Shown here: piece by piece, positions 1 to 12,990 of the stretch
How positions within the stretch are numbered: the first letter of the stretch is position 1
Layout of the letters: the number at the start of each line of letters is the position of its first letter
NCBI GenBank assembly: GCA_964016885.1
Contig: OZ024742.1
Coordinates: 273,854,001 to 273,918,000, forward strand
Length of the DNA stretch: 64,000 nt
Direction: 5' to 3'
From: Eledone cirrhosa
Lineage: Eukaryota
Notes under the pieces: generated by a model
The model's database searches: none
What the model was told of the DNA's origin: nothing
The model's input: only the letters and a program-made list of their open reading frames with translations
Program-made: the position numbers and the translations under genes

Positions 1-33
1 TTTCTGAGTCCTCAAAAACCATCTCAAAATGAG

Positions 34-69
<36 letters not shown>

Positions 70-407
70 CATATATATAAACATGCAAACGCATGAATTA
101 TCCACAGTTCAAATTAAAGTCAGTAAAAATTACAGGTTAGATATCTAAACTATATATTTAAAACAGAGATAGACAAATAAAGATCTGAATCAAAGTTTAA
201 AATATCCAAAAAACTATACGTTATGCATATCCAACCTGCAAACAAGTTATTAAACAAGTGTCGCTCATTAAGACATTAGTTCCATTATAAATGATTAGAA
301 GATAAAGCATTATTAAAGTTTTATAAGCCGTTATGATGTATATGTTCAACTGTAGATGATGTACGTCTAAAACCAGGCTTGGTTGCTTACTGTTTTTTCC
401 TGACTTT

Positions 408-2914
408 ATGTACAGACGAAAAATGTCGGAAGATGGCGGGTTTACAGTGCACATTGGGACATACGAAGTAGACAATAGGTGGATAGTGCCGTACTGCCCT
501 ATTCTGTCCAAGGCGTTCAACACTCACGTCAAAGTAGAGTTTTGTAACTCCGTGAAGTCCATCAAATATATCTGCAAGTACATGAATAAGGTCTCAGACG
601 CTGCTATGTTTGGCCTGCAGCAAAACGGCAATCGGGACGAAGTTACACAGTACCAAGTGGGTAGGTACATAAGAAGAAACGAGGTCTTCTGGAGCATGTT
701 CGGTTTTCCCTTGTATCAAAGGCACCCACCCATCCAACAACTTGCTGTTCACCGTGAAAACGGTCAACGCTTATACTACACTGCTTCCACTGCTGCTCGA
801 TTGGTTGAGGAGCCGAAGACACTACCCTCACTGCCTTCTTTAACTTTAGTCAAGTCGATCCATTCGCCCAAACCTTGCTGTATCCACAGGTGTCGTCCTA
901 CTACATCTGGGAAAAAAAACAAATGGCAATGGATGCAGAAGGGTCAAAACATTGATGGATACTCTGCCATTAAATTTGACAGTTGCCTCGGGATAGTTTA
1001 CACAGTTCATCCAATCCAACAGGAGTGTTTCTACCTTGGTCTGCTACTTCATAAGGTTAGGGGACCAACGTCTTACCAACATTTGAAAACAGTCAACGGT
1101 CGGCTTTGCCCTACTTTCAGAGAGGCCTGATTAAGACATGGACTGTTAGAAGACTCGCGGACGCTGCCATTTTACAGTCGCCGAAAAGTCTCAGGGTTCT
1201 CTTTACAGTGCTTCTGCACATTTGCGAAGTCTCAGATCCAGTCTTTCTATGGTTGATGTATAGAGATGCCCTGGCGGAAGACTTTTACCACCAAGCACAA
1301 TTGCGGTATCCTAGCCTTGATGCTGCCAGTGACGACGTCTACAACTGTGCTTTGATTGACGTGGAAAACAGGACTGTTTCACTGGGTGGGAATACTTTGC
1401 CAGTATACTTTGCCGCAACCAGTACGGACAGGGACGTATAACCTTCCGACATATCTTATTCACCATACAGCCTGTGATATTGACGCTCTTGGCCAATACG
1501 TCGGCGAAACAGAGCCAAAACTCCTTCGAGGACAGCAGCGGGCCTACAACACTATTTTCGACCATGTGTGAAACCGGAAAGGGGGAATCTTCTTCCTAGA
1601 TGCACCCGGAGGGACAGGAAAAACGTTTGTAACTAAGCTTCTTCTAGCCAAAGTGAGGCAGCACAAGGACATTGTGTTAGCCGTGGCATCCTCTGGTATT
1701 GCTGCAACTTTGTTACCCGGCGGTAGGACAGCGCACTCAGCCTTTAAGCTCCCCCTGAACTTGGCAACAGCGGAAACACCGTCCTGCAACATTAGCAAAA
1801 CTTCGGACAAGGGACTGGTTTTCCGAAGGTGTCAGCTCATTGTGTGGGATGAATGTGCCATGGCCCTTAAACGAGCTCTGGAAGAGCTAGACACAACTTT
1901 GCAAGACATCAGAGACTGCCAGACTGCGATGGGAGCTGTCACTCTTCTCATATCCAGCGACTTCCGAGAGACCCTTCCCGTTATTCCCAAGAGAAGCAGG
2001 CCAGATGAAGTCCGGGTGTGCCTGAAGTCCTCTCCGTTGTGGCAAAAGGTAACAACGTTCACCCTGACAACTAACATGAGAGCCCAACTGCACGGCGACC
2101 AACTGGCAGCAGAGTTTGCTTCGGATATTTTCTCACTTGGCGATGGCAAGATTACTCTCGATGGAGATGGCGAATTGTCACTCAGTCCAATTTGTACCAT
2201 TGTCGACACAGTCTAGGACCTCAAGGCTCAAGTGTTTCCCAGTCTTTCTGATAACTACCAAGACATGAATTGGTTATGCGAAATAGCTATTTTAGACCCC
2301 AAAACAGCACAGTGAACCCTATCAACGAGCAACTGTTGCATTCTCTTCCTGGAATGCTGCATATTTACAAGTCCGTCGATACAGTCCCCAACCAAGACCA
2401 AGCGGTAAACTACCCTGTAGAATTCCTCAATTCCCTAGAACCTCCTGGACTGCCTCCTCATAAACAGGGACTAAAAGCTGGAACTCCAATAATGCTTCTT
2501 AGGAATTTGGAACCTCCAAAACTTTGCAACGGCACACGTCTGGTTATAAAGAAGGTAATGCAGCATGTCGTTGAAGACACCATTATTTCATGGTGTGGAA
2601 AAGGAGAGGATGTGTTCGTTCTCAGAATACCACTCATTCCATCAGGTGCAGAAATTCCGTTTACCTTCAGACGCCTTCATTTTCTGCTTCGCATAGGTTT
2701 TGCCATGTCTATTAACAATTCCCAGGGGAAGACACTTTCGGTGGCAGGACTTCACTTGGTAAAATCATGCTTCTTATACGGCCAACTATACGTAAGCTGC
2801 TCCAGAATGGGGAGCAAAGGAAGTCTTTTCGTGTACACTCCACGAGGAAAAACAAAGAACATTGTCTACCAAGAGGTTTTACGCCAAGATGACATGTGGG
2901 CTCAAACTGTCTAA
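408..2914 (+). pseudogene. Helitron Rep/Pif1-family helicase, frameshifted
   Basis: ORFs 408-1130, 1106-1441, 1653-2216 and 2270-2914 are collinear pieces of one protein, broken by stops and frameshifts. Confidence 0.92.
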
Positions 2915-3497
2915 ATCAAGCTAGGTTTTATACTACTGCCCCTATGCAATTTCCAAGTTACACCATATTACCTTCATTCCTTCAATCAGGTATAAGTCAG
3001 GAATTTGGAAACAACCACAGGCAGAAGGAATGACCAGAAAGACCTCGAATGAAACCTCCCACAGTTTTCCACAACATCAAACGCCCATTGCTATATCCTC
3101 CGCAGATTGACACGTTGTAAGCAATTCCAATGTTACTGCTGCTACATAGGACACGCATTACAATCCGCAGTAGTCAGTTTATTGAGGGAGAAACTGAAGC
3201 GTCTCGAATTTGCCGTCCCAAAACCCCATTGACAATAACGAAAACCGCTAATATCAACGCAGAATGATACATTGTAGGTCGCTTTAACCCGTCTTCTGTT
3301 TCACATTTACTCCAATAGGCCAAAACAGAGGCGCAACAATATTTATATGAACAATGCACGTAGACAGCTAGACCGTACTTTCAACTTTTTAATTTTCTCC
3401 AAATAAAACAAGTTTCCTGTCGGTATATTTTCGTGAGTTTTTAACAGGCACTCACAAATAAATGTTTCTCATTGGAGGTGCTATTACCAATGTGCTT

Positions 3498-3526
3498 ACC
3501 CGTGAAAAGCCGGGTTACACTGCTAG
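3498..3526 (+). other. Helitron 3' terminus: subterminal hairpin plus CTAG
   Basis: ACCCG-tgaaaagc-CGGGT (3498-3515), then CTAG at 3523-3526 followed by T, matching the canonical CTRR end. Confidence 0.85.
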
Positions 3527-3577
<51 letters not shown>

Positions 3578-3606
3578 TATAATAATAATAATAATAATAA
3601 TAATAA
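3527..3606. repeat. (TAA)n microsatellite
   Basis: Direct read; abuts the Helitron end and a Dong insertion. Confidence 0.99.
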
Positions 3607-4100
3607 GAGAAATGGTATGAGCATAGGCCAGAGGCGGTGATGGAGAACAATCAGGTGAAGGTGCTGTGGGATTTTAGGATACAGACGGACAAAAAACTGG
3701 AACACTGGAACACTGACCTGGTGGTTGTGGACAAAGAAAAAAGATCGTGTCTGATTGTGGATGTGGCCTGCCCTTTCGACACGAGAGTGCAAGAGAAGGA
3801 GAGGGAGAAAATTAACCGATACCAGGACCTAAAGTGGGAGGTGAAAAGGATTTGGAACTGCCATGAAGTCAAAGTGATCCCGATTGTCATAGGCGCACTG
3901 GGGACTATCTCCAAAAGCTTCCAGGGATGGTTAAAGAAAATCGGCCCCGTCACGCTTTTTGGAACGCTTCAAAAGGCATGCTTGCTTCGAACAGCAAGAA
4001 CCCTCCGATACGTCCTGAATATCTGAGGCTGCAGGTAGTGGCTTGATATTCATTCCAACGGACTTTCCAGTTAACCAACATCAATGACTGAGATTCAAGG
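3607..4100 (+). mobile_element. R4/Dong-clade LINE family A, 3' fragment (restriction-like endonuclease plus 3' UTR)
   Basis: ORF 3637-4026 reads VLWDFRIQTDKKLEH..DLVVVDK..CLIVDVACPFD..EKINRYQDL..IPIVIGALG. Flanked on both sides by (TAA)n, the known Dong target. Confidence 0.9.
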
Positions 4101-4109
4101 AATAACAAC

Positions 4110-4147
<38 letters not shown>

Positions 4148-4268
4148 GTGTTTCTACTATTGGCACAAGGCCAGCAATTAACCAGTACATTACTGGTACT
4201 TTATTTTATCGACCCCGTAAGGATGAAAGGCGAAGTTAACTTCGGAGGGATTTGAACTCAGAATGGCA
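4148..4268 (-). mobile_element. tRNA-derived SINE, 5'-truncated
   Basis: Reverse complement of the SINE body at 34137-34320, from the B box to the AGAAACA end. Confidence 0.9.
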
Positions 4269-4520
4269 ATAATAATAATAATAATGAGGAAGTCATCAAA
4301 AGATATAAATAGACTCATTTGATGACCCGGTCAAAAAATCAAAAAATCAAAAACCAAATCAAAACAGCACAGCAACAACGAAAAACGTAAAGAAAAGAAA
4401 AACAAATAGACAGACAGACAAGCAAAAAAACTAAGTCAGACATTCAAACATTACATTACAATGAAACTTATGCTTATTTTGGGGGGTGTTTACCTATTTG
4501 TTTGTTTGTTTATTTATTTA

Positions 4521-7500
4521 TGTTCGTCTACAGCGTGTTAGTGCAACGCTAAAATCACCGAGGGTAATCAAATCACCGGAAGTGATCAAATCACCGGTGG
4601 TTATGTAACCATATCCTCGATAAGAGTGTTTCAATGTCGAACCTAAACAGTTCGAATAACGGTGAAGTTGAGACTGGAATGTCATGTGACAGGCTCTCAC
4701 CCAGCAGGTGCTCCCTGGCTCAGTAGCAGGGACCTGGTTGTCAACCAAATACTGCTGGTGTCGGAGGAAGAAGAAGGAAAGGGACCAGAACCAACTGGAC
4801 GAAAGAATTGAATAGAACTATTATGCAATGTTACATGAAGAGTAACCCCAAGGAGAAAGGCTAAAGGAAACGGATGCATAACATCTGGAACGAGATAGGT
4901 CTATTTAAATTAGATGAACAAAAATTGGCCGGGCAGGCTCGGGTACTAAGAACTAATGGGTGGATAAGCGAGCTGGAACTGGAGGAACTGAGCAGAGTGA
5001 TTAGGTTGGAAATGGAGGTGGAGTATGCCAGACAAACGAGCCATTGGGAAATGAAGGTGAAGGGGTTGAGAGAACGGGGGAAGCATCCGAAGCAGACAAT
5101 GACCTGAATGCTGAAATAAATAATACCTGGAACAAAGATACGGCCATTGAGGGGATGAATGCTGACGGGCTAGGACAAGATTTGGTTGATATCCTAAACT
5201 TAGTGGTACATGAAATGAACAATGATAGTGGGAGACCTATGAACCTAAGATTTGTAGACAGGAAAAGTTAAAAGAAACAACAGCTAAGGTAAACAAAGTC
5301 ATCCCATACCTTGAGGCTAGGAGCCTTCACCAGTGCAACAATATCCTCAAAGCAACATCAAATGCGGTGAGGAAATTACTTGGCATAAAAGCGAGAGGAA
5401 ACAACAAACAAGAAAGATCAGAACCTTGGCGGAAGAAACGACTGAATGGTCAAATCAGGGAAATGAGAAATGATATTGGAAAGATTGAGTCCCTACTGAA
5501 TGGGACACTAAAAAACCTAGACACTAAAAATGAACTGGAAATAAAGTACAAAACTAGGAGGAAAAGGCTAAATATTATCATAGAGGAACTGATGCAACGC
5601 ATTGTAGCAAAGAGTGCAAAAATTAGGCGATACGAGAGCAGAGTCAGTCAGTATAGACAGAACAGCATGTTTGCAACAACCAGAAGATGTTGTTTGGACT
5701 GCTTGAAGGGAAAGAAAGAGGCAACGACTTGATCCCTGAGGCGGAACAAACTAAGACGTTCTGGAGAGGAATATGGGAGCAGGATGTTAAACATAATGAC
5801 CAGGCCGTGTGGATTGAGACAGTACAAAAGGAGATTAGTGAACAGGCACACCAACAAACTGATTTGAGTATCACAGTTAAAACTCTTAAGGGGCAGGCCA
5901 ACAAATTAACCAACTGCAAATCACCAGGCCCAGATGGTGTGCAGAGGTATTGGATTAAAAATGTAACATCCCTCCACCCGAAAGAGACAACCATGTTCAA
6001 TGACTGCTTGATGTCAGGTGAGGTACCAGAGTGGTTAACAAAAGGTACCACAGTTCTGGTAATGAAAGACCGAATCAAGGTTAATGATGTTACCAACTAT
6101 AGAACTATCACTTGTCTGTCCGTAATGTGGAAACTGTTGACAAGCATTGTGTCTGAGGAAATCAACCATCACCTCCACACAAACAACTTGTTACCATACG
6201 AACAGAAAGGATGGCGAAAGAAGTCCCGTGGTACAAAGGACCAGTTACTTATTGATAAGATGGTAATGAAGAATTGCAAGAGGAGACACACTGGTCTTGC
6301 CATGGGATGGACAGACTACAAAAAGGCATTTGACATGGTGCCTCTTTCTTGGATCACCAAAAGCCTAGCAGATAACATCAGACAGTTGTTGAGCAAAAGT
6401 ACGAAGTCCTGGAAAACAGAGTTAACATCAGCTGGAGAATCCCTGGGAAGCATTAAGATCAAGAGAGGTATCTTCCAGGGAGATTGTCTTTCCCCTCTGT
6501 TGTTTGTTCTTGCCCTGATGCCCCTGACCATTATACTGCGAAAAGTGAGAGCAGGATACAAGTTGGGAAAGGGAGTGCTTACCATCAGTCACCTCCTCTT
6601 CATGGACGATCTTAAGCTCTTCGGGCAGAGTGAGAAGGAGTTGGATGTGCTTGTTGACACTGTCCGTATTTTCAGCAATGTTATATGTATGCAATTTGGT
6701 ATTAGTAAGTGTGGAGTCCTTGTGACGAAGAGGGATAAATTGAGCAGAAGCAAAGGAATCCAGGTACCAACAGGTGAGATGATAAAGGAAATTGACACTG
6801 AAGAAGGATACAGCTATTTGGATATTCTGGAGGCTGATGACATCAAGAACAAAAAGAATGAAGGAATTGATGAGATCTGAATACATTAGGAGAGTAAGGA
6901 GCGTATTACAGTCACATCTGAATAGTAGGAATACCATAAGTGCAGTAAATTCCCGAGCTGTGTCTATTATTAGGTACAGTGCGGGAATTCTGAAATGGAA
7001 TGTTGCTGAACAAAAAGAAATCGATAGGAAGACTAGGAAGCTATTGACTATCTACAACATGTTCCACAAGGGGAGTGATTTCGATAGACTCTACTTAAGG
7101 AGATCTGAAGGTGGAAGAGGTCTTATCAGCATATAGGACTGTGTTCAGATGGAGAAAAACAACCTACACAAATACGTGACTGATAGTAAGGAGTCATTGC
7201 TCAGAACTGTACTGAAGGAGAGGACAATAGACCAGGGGATGTCCAAGGAGGAAATAACAACAAGGAGAAAGAGCAACCTTCATGAAAGTTCCCTTTATAG
7301 TACTTTCTTTGAGAAAACGGAATTCAGTGACATGGAACTGTTTGAGAAGAGGAGACCTTAAAAAGGCTACAGTAGGAATGCTAATGGCTGCGCAAGAGTA
7401 GGACCTCAAAACGAAGTGGCCGAAACACCATATTTACAAGGAGGAGGCTAGCCCAGTGTGCAGGATCTGTGGCTCACATTGTATCCGTGTGTAAACACCT

Positions 7501-8090
7501 AGCCCAGACTCACTATACAGGCTGAAGACATGATGTGATGGGCAGGTTGATCCACTGGCACCTATGCAAAGTAAACAATTTACCAAATTCTGAGAAGTGG
7601 TATGAGCATAAGCCAGAGTCGGTGATAGAAAACGATCAGGAGAAGGTGCTGTGGGATTTTAGGATACAGACGGACAAGAAACTGGAACACAATAACCTGA
7701 CTCGGTGGTTTTGGACAAGGAAAAAAGATCGTGCCTGATTGTGGATGTGGCCTGCCCATTCGACACGAGGGTGCAAGAGAAGGAGTGGGAGAAAATTAAC
7801 CGATACCAGGATTTAAAGTGGGAGTTAAAAAAGGATTTGGAACTGCCATGAAGTCAAAGTGGTTCCGATTGTCATAGGCGCACTAGGTACTATCTCAAAA
7901 GGTTTCCAGTGATGGTTAAAGAAAATTGGCCCCGCCCCGCTTTTTGCAACACTTCAAAAGGCATGCTTGCTTCGAACAGCAATACCCCTCCGATACGTCC
8001 TGAATATTTGAGGCTGCAGGTAGTGGTCTGATATTCATTTCAACAAACTTTCCAGTTAACTAACATTAATGACTGAGACTCAAAGAACAA
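4521..8090 (+). mobile_element. R4/Dong-clade LINE family A, near full length, degraded
   Basis: N-terminal EQKLAGQARV motif; RT motifs KSPGPDG, DYKKAFD, RGIFQGDCLSPLLF, HLLFMDDLKLF; RLYLRRSEGGRGL; REL domain. Shares its 3' UTR with 3607-4100 and ends in an AAT-rich tail. Confidence 0.93.
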
Positions 8091-8323
8091 CAATACTACT
8101 AATAATAATAAGAATAATAATCAAATTAAGAAAGATGCTGATTTTACAAAAATATTTTATTCATTATAACTACTTCAGCGGTTCTCCCATGCAATCAAGA
8201 TGCAATTCATACATTTGTTGTTGTTATGAGAACGGTATCTTCCGATGAAATGTGATTTTATGATATTCCAAGAAAAACACGCCCTTCTCCTCGTGCGCCC
8301 CAAAATAATCTCTTCGGAATATT

Positions 8324-8555
<232 letters not shown>

Positions 8556-8567
8556 GATATATTGATA

Positions 8568-9045
8568 TATAATACTGTAAGAATAGACGAACACAAATAT
8601 ATAGCTATATATCTTCAAATCACAAGGGAAAGAGACCGCCCGAAATTATTGACTAAAATAGTATACTTCACCGAACCTAATCAAAAGGATATATTGAGGA
8701 AGATGAATTACCATGATAGCTATCATGTAACTTGAGAGTTTATCGGTATAAATGTTTCAGTGAGGAGAATTATTGGGTAGCCACAACAATATTCTCTTCA
8801 CTACTATGTTTGGAAGACGAGTAAATAAACCGTGCGTTAAAAGTGAGAGCAGATGGAAATAATACGCCGGGCGTAACGAATAGAACGTAAGGTTACTAGA
8901 AAAATAGCAGCCAAAACCATTCGCTAATTATGAAAGCTCAATAAAAACGATGGAGCAAATTTATTAAAAATATATATTGAGTTAAAAATTCACAATTGGA
9001 CACATATAGCTATATATATGTGTTCGTCTCTCATTAAAGTTTTAT
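8568..9045. mobile_element. Short non-coding element bounded by imperfect ~50-bp inverted repeats
   Basis: AGACGAACACAAATATATAGCTATAT at 8585 versus reverse complement AGACGAACACATATATATAGCTATAT ending 9029; similarity extends about 16 nt outward. Confidence 0.55.
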
Positions 9046-9119
9046 GAGGTTCGAACAAAATGTTCTCCTCAAGATATTTTAATTATAGGGGACTTTTGTG
9101 AGTGTTTGACTCAATATAT

Positions 9120-9190
<71 letters not shown>

Positions 9191-9244
9191 TAAAAAATAT
9201 ATATATATATATATGTGTAGGTATGTATCTGTATATATATATAG

Positions 9245-9660
9245 TAATAATAATAAATGTGAAGACTAAAATGCAAAGAGGGCTCAATAAGGATAAATAT
9301 ATAGCAAATATATAAGAACCCCAGAGCAAGTATTTATTAAAATAACACCTTAATGCTTAAGCAAAGAATCGCTGCTTTCACCCTTAACGATATCTTCTGA
9401 AACTAAAAAATCAATCTGTGAAATGCAGTAGTAAATCTTTCGTAAAACGTTGCAACCGAAGGAAAACAGGAAGACTATACTTTGGTTCGTGAAGACGTTC
9501 CCTGGAAATGAACGGAAAAAAGCGAAGATAATACGTCGTTATGTGGATCGTTGAAAACAAATGAAGTCGTAGACTAATATTCTATTTAGGAAACCGAACG
9601 ATTCTCAGCTTCAGAGTTAAGAATAATGTAAATAAATTAGTAGAAGGAAAATGACAGAGG
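9245..9660 (+). repeat. Unclassified dispersed repeat; second copy inverted at 32955-33580
   Basis: Shared blocks such as AAAACGTTGCAACCGAA..ATACTTTGGTTCGTGAAGACGTTCCCTGG. Both copies start next to (TA)n. Confidence 0.85.
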
Positions 9661-9844
9661 TTATAAAAATCAATAATAATTACATATATACATACACGCA
9701 TCAATATACATATTTACACGTGCATACGCGGAAACACCCGCCATGCATGCATATACATGCACACACATACATAAACCCACGCGACACATGTACCCGCGCA
9801 CATACGAAGGTATACACCAAAAACACATAATATATATTTATATA

Positions 9845-9935
<91 letters not shown>

Positions 9936-10327
9936 GTGTGTGTGTATACATAATTATATAAACATATATAAATATACACACATAAATACATATATAGAGC
10001 ATGCAAACACATTCCTACAGGTAAAAGCACATATGTTTACCAAACAACGTCAATCAAAACAAAAAGTACGCATATACACACCTTACATACGTCCAAACAT
10101 ACATACATAAACACAAATGACACATATACACATATACACATAACCATACACACATATACCAGTATATATAATATAATATATACACCTATAACAAATACAA
10201 GCATAGAATACGTACTAGAATGAATACGTACCTTCACAACACATACGGTTAAGATATACTTACCTATACAAATGAGTAATGGTATAAACATTAAACATAC
10301 TTAGCTAGCACATCAAGACGTAAATTC

Positions 10328-12031
10328 CAGCGTGTAACATATTTTTTGTTCCCCGGTTCTAAGTGTCAGTTTATGGTTTGTTATATCCGATTATTATAAA
10401 AAAACACTATTATTTAATCCGAAGTTTGGATTTGTGGTCAAGAAAAAACACCACATTTTTTTATTTATTTATTAGTTCATATAATTAAATCAACAGAGTA
10501 TATATTTATTTTATTACACAAGCTTATCAAAAGCAAACAAGTAAAAACAAATAACACTTATAAAGCAACTTATACACGTCAGAAATGACTGAATTTCCTG
10601 TATTTGCGGTTGTAGTCCAGGGCGCATTCCCGCACTAGCCCCCTGATATAATCCCCCATTATTTCTTCATTGTAGTGGCCCTGGTACCTTTGCTCTATCT
10701 CTTTCACATCTTGGTGGAATCGTTCGCCTTGTTCTTCTGAGTAGGCGCCCATATTGTCCTTGAACTTTTCAATGTGAGCGTCCAGCATATGGAGTTTAAG
10801 CGACATCCTGCATCCCATGGCGGCAAAAGACTTTATCAGATCCTGCACCAGTTGCTGGTAGTTTTCAGCTCTGTAGTTGCCCAGGAAGCCCTTAACAACT
10901 GCCTTGTAACAGTTCCATGCTGTTCTCTCAATCCTATTGAGCTTATTGGAGAACTCGGTGGACGCAAACACTTTCTTTATCTGAAGTCCAAAAAAAATTC
11001 CACATTTGATTTTGGCCTCAGATAACTTGGGGAAGAACTCAAGAGGGTACTTAACAGCGGCTGATTCTTGGTTGAGAGCCTTCACAAACTGATTCATCAA
11101 CCCGAACTCAATGTACAGTGGCGGCATGCGCACAATCCTGGAATCAACGGGTGTCTCCCACATGACGTTTCAGGTCCCAACTACAAATTCCGTTCGCTGC
11201 TCCCAGTTCTTTCTTTTGTAGTGATCAGAGGTCACTCTGCTATCCCAAAGGCAGAGGAAGCATTGGAATTTGATAAAGCCTCCTTGGAGTCCAAGCAGGA
11301 AAGCCACCATTGAAGTCTCCAATGATTTTTAAATTGTACTGGTTGTATTGCTTCCAAGAGGACTTTCACACTGTAGTAATCTTCCTTCAGGCAGACTGAA
11401 CGAGCTAGGAGCTGTGTCGGGAACTTGTTTCCATTGTGGTGGAGGACAGCCTTCAAACTTGTGGTGGAGCTGTCTATAAATAGCCGCCACTCCTTGGGCC
11501 CAAACGGCACCCCAATAACGTCAAACAGTCCAGGTACGTCATGGCAGAAACAGAAGCCATCCCTAAGTGTGTAAAAGCCTGAGAAAGGTTCGTGTCGACT
11601 CCTCTGACTTGTAACCTGCACTTCCCCTTGACCAAGTTCCACTGCTTCATCCTGGAGACGAATGCTTAAAACACAGCTTACACTTTATTCAGGGTGCGAA
11701 AATCAAGTATCAATAAATCTCTTTAATCCACTTTTTAACAATTTTATACTTTATTGCACTTTTATCATTTCTTTAGGTATTACTCTTTATTTTATAATTT
11801 TAATTTAACCTGAAACATATATAACAAAATCATTTAACAGAAGCAAATTAAACTTACATACAACGTAAAATCTAGCAGACAAATAATTCTAGTGAATAGC
11901 TTAGAATTTTTACAAATCCAAACTTTTAACTGTTTAATAACATTTTTTTTAATTTATTTGGGACCTAAGCAACATAAAAAAGTGATTACAAGCCAGGAAA
12001 AGAGAAAACATTTTTTTTCCGTTACACGGTG
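10328..12031 (-). mobile_element. Chapaev3-type (CMC superfamily) DNA transposon, internally deleted
   Basis: Termini CAGCGTGTAAC...GTTACACGGTG with 3-bp flanks TTC/TTA. Transposase fragments 11232-11642 (EWRLFIDSSTTSLKAVLHHNGN) and 10579-11163 (PPLYIEFGLMNQFVKAL, GCRMSLKLHMLDAH, SEEQGERFHQD). Superfamily assignment is from recalled motifs. Confidence 0.8.
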
Positions 12032-12759
12032 TTATCCGCGTATTTTTCGTACTATCCGTTAGGGTATAATGTGGGGCTGTAATACAGGAAAGTTTTATGT
12101 AATTTGTGTTTATAAACTGAAATTGCCTCAGATTCTTTGCTTAAGATCTGGTCATTGGCGTAGAGTATTTCCAGGGCTTCAGCTGAGCAAAGAAGTGCGG
12201 TCCACGCACTTGCGACAGGTTCAGAAAAGATCTCACGACCTTCTTTAAAGCCTTCAACCATTCCCTACAGGTGAGGCCAACCTCTCGGTCGTTAATTACC
12301 TCGACGTTACCCTCAATTTGTCGAATGGATTGCATTGGCTTAGTTGACCGGGGGTGGGGTGCTTCTGAAAATATCTATCTTGGTATTTTTTCTTAACATA
12401 AATCATCGATATTGGCCTTGTATTTTGCCACAACGAACATTTAGAGTTATTGAAATATTAATTCCATCCTTAGCAGGAATTTTAGATTTAGGGGAATGGT
12501 GAACATTTTGCTACAAAGAGGGGTTCAGTAGAAGCTTCCAGATTCAGGAAAATTTAAAGCATTTAGTTTGACACCTGTATGTTTCAATTTATCCGATTAT
12601 CTTCTTGGGGTTTCCAGGACTTGCTGATGTGGTGGTTACTATGTGGTTGCTTGGTCTGCATTATATAGTTGTCAGAGGTTACTGGAATCTTGGAGACGGA
12701 TACATTCCTAAAAGGGTAATTTATCTAGGGTGTGGATTTTAAAGTGTGCCAACTTTGGT

Positions 12760-12990
12760 TTAGTCCGAAGTAGAAGCATTTAAAAGGGATTCGTATTTGG
12801 CGATACATTGTGATTCCTTGCTAATGCGTTGGATGTAGGAAGCGTGGTCTTTGAATTTGAAGATGGGAAAAATTCTAAAATTGGGTGGTTTATTAGATGC
12901 GCATGTCGCGATATGTTCACTTAGTGCTATCTTTCTGTATTCCCGTATTTTGATATAGAATCTATGGATGGTCATACTTTGGCCCCTCCT
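12760..12990 (-). mobile_element. Penelope-like element remnant, C-terminal half of GIY-YIG endonuclease
   Basis: LSEHIATCASNKPPNFRIFPIFKF..RISKESQCIAKYESLLN resembles the H..C and R...E...I.....LN pattern of PLE endonucleases. Confidence 0.65.

Larger units (their letters stand above)
408..3526 (+). mobile_element. Helitron (rolling-circle transposon), 5'-truncated and degraded
   Basis: Consecutive ORF fragments carry Helitron Rep/helicase motifs: VDNRWIVPY, SVKSIKYICKY, LLLHKVRGPTSY, DAPGGTGKTF, VASSGIAATLLPGGRTAHSAFKLP, IVWDEC, LLRNLEPPKLCNGTRL, FAMSINNSQGKTL. The 3' end has a hairpin followed by CTAG. Confidence 0.95.

Noticed and set aside
5687-6880. Potentially active or domesticated reverse transcriptase (longest ORF)
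   Set aside because: Flanked by frameshifts and stops, and has a deletion relative to the 29066-29998 copy; ordinary decay.
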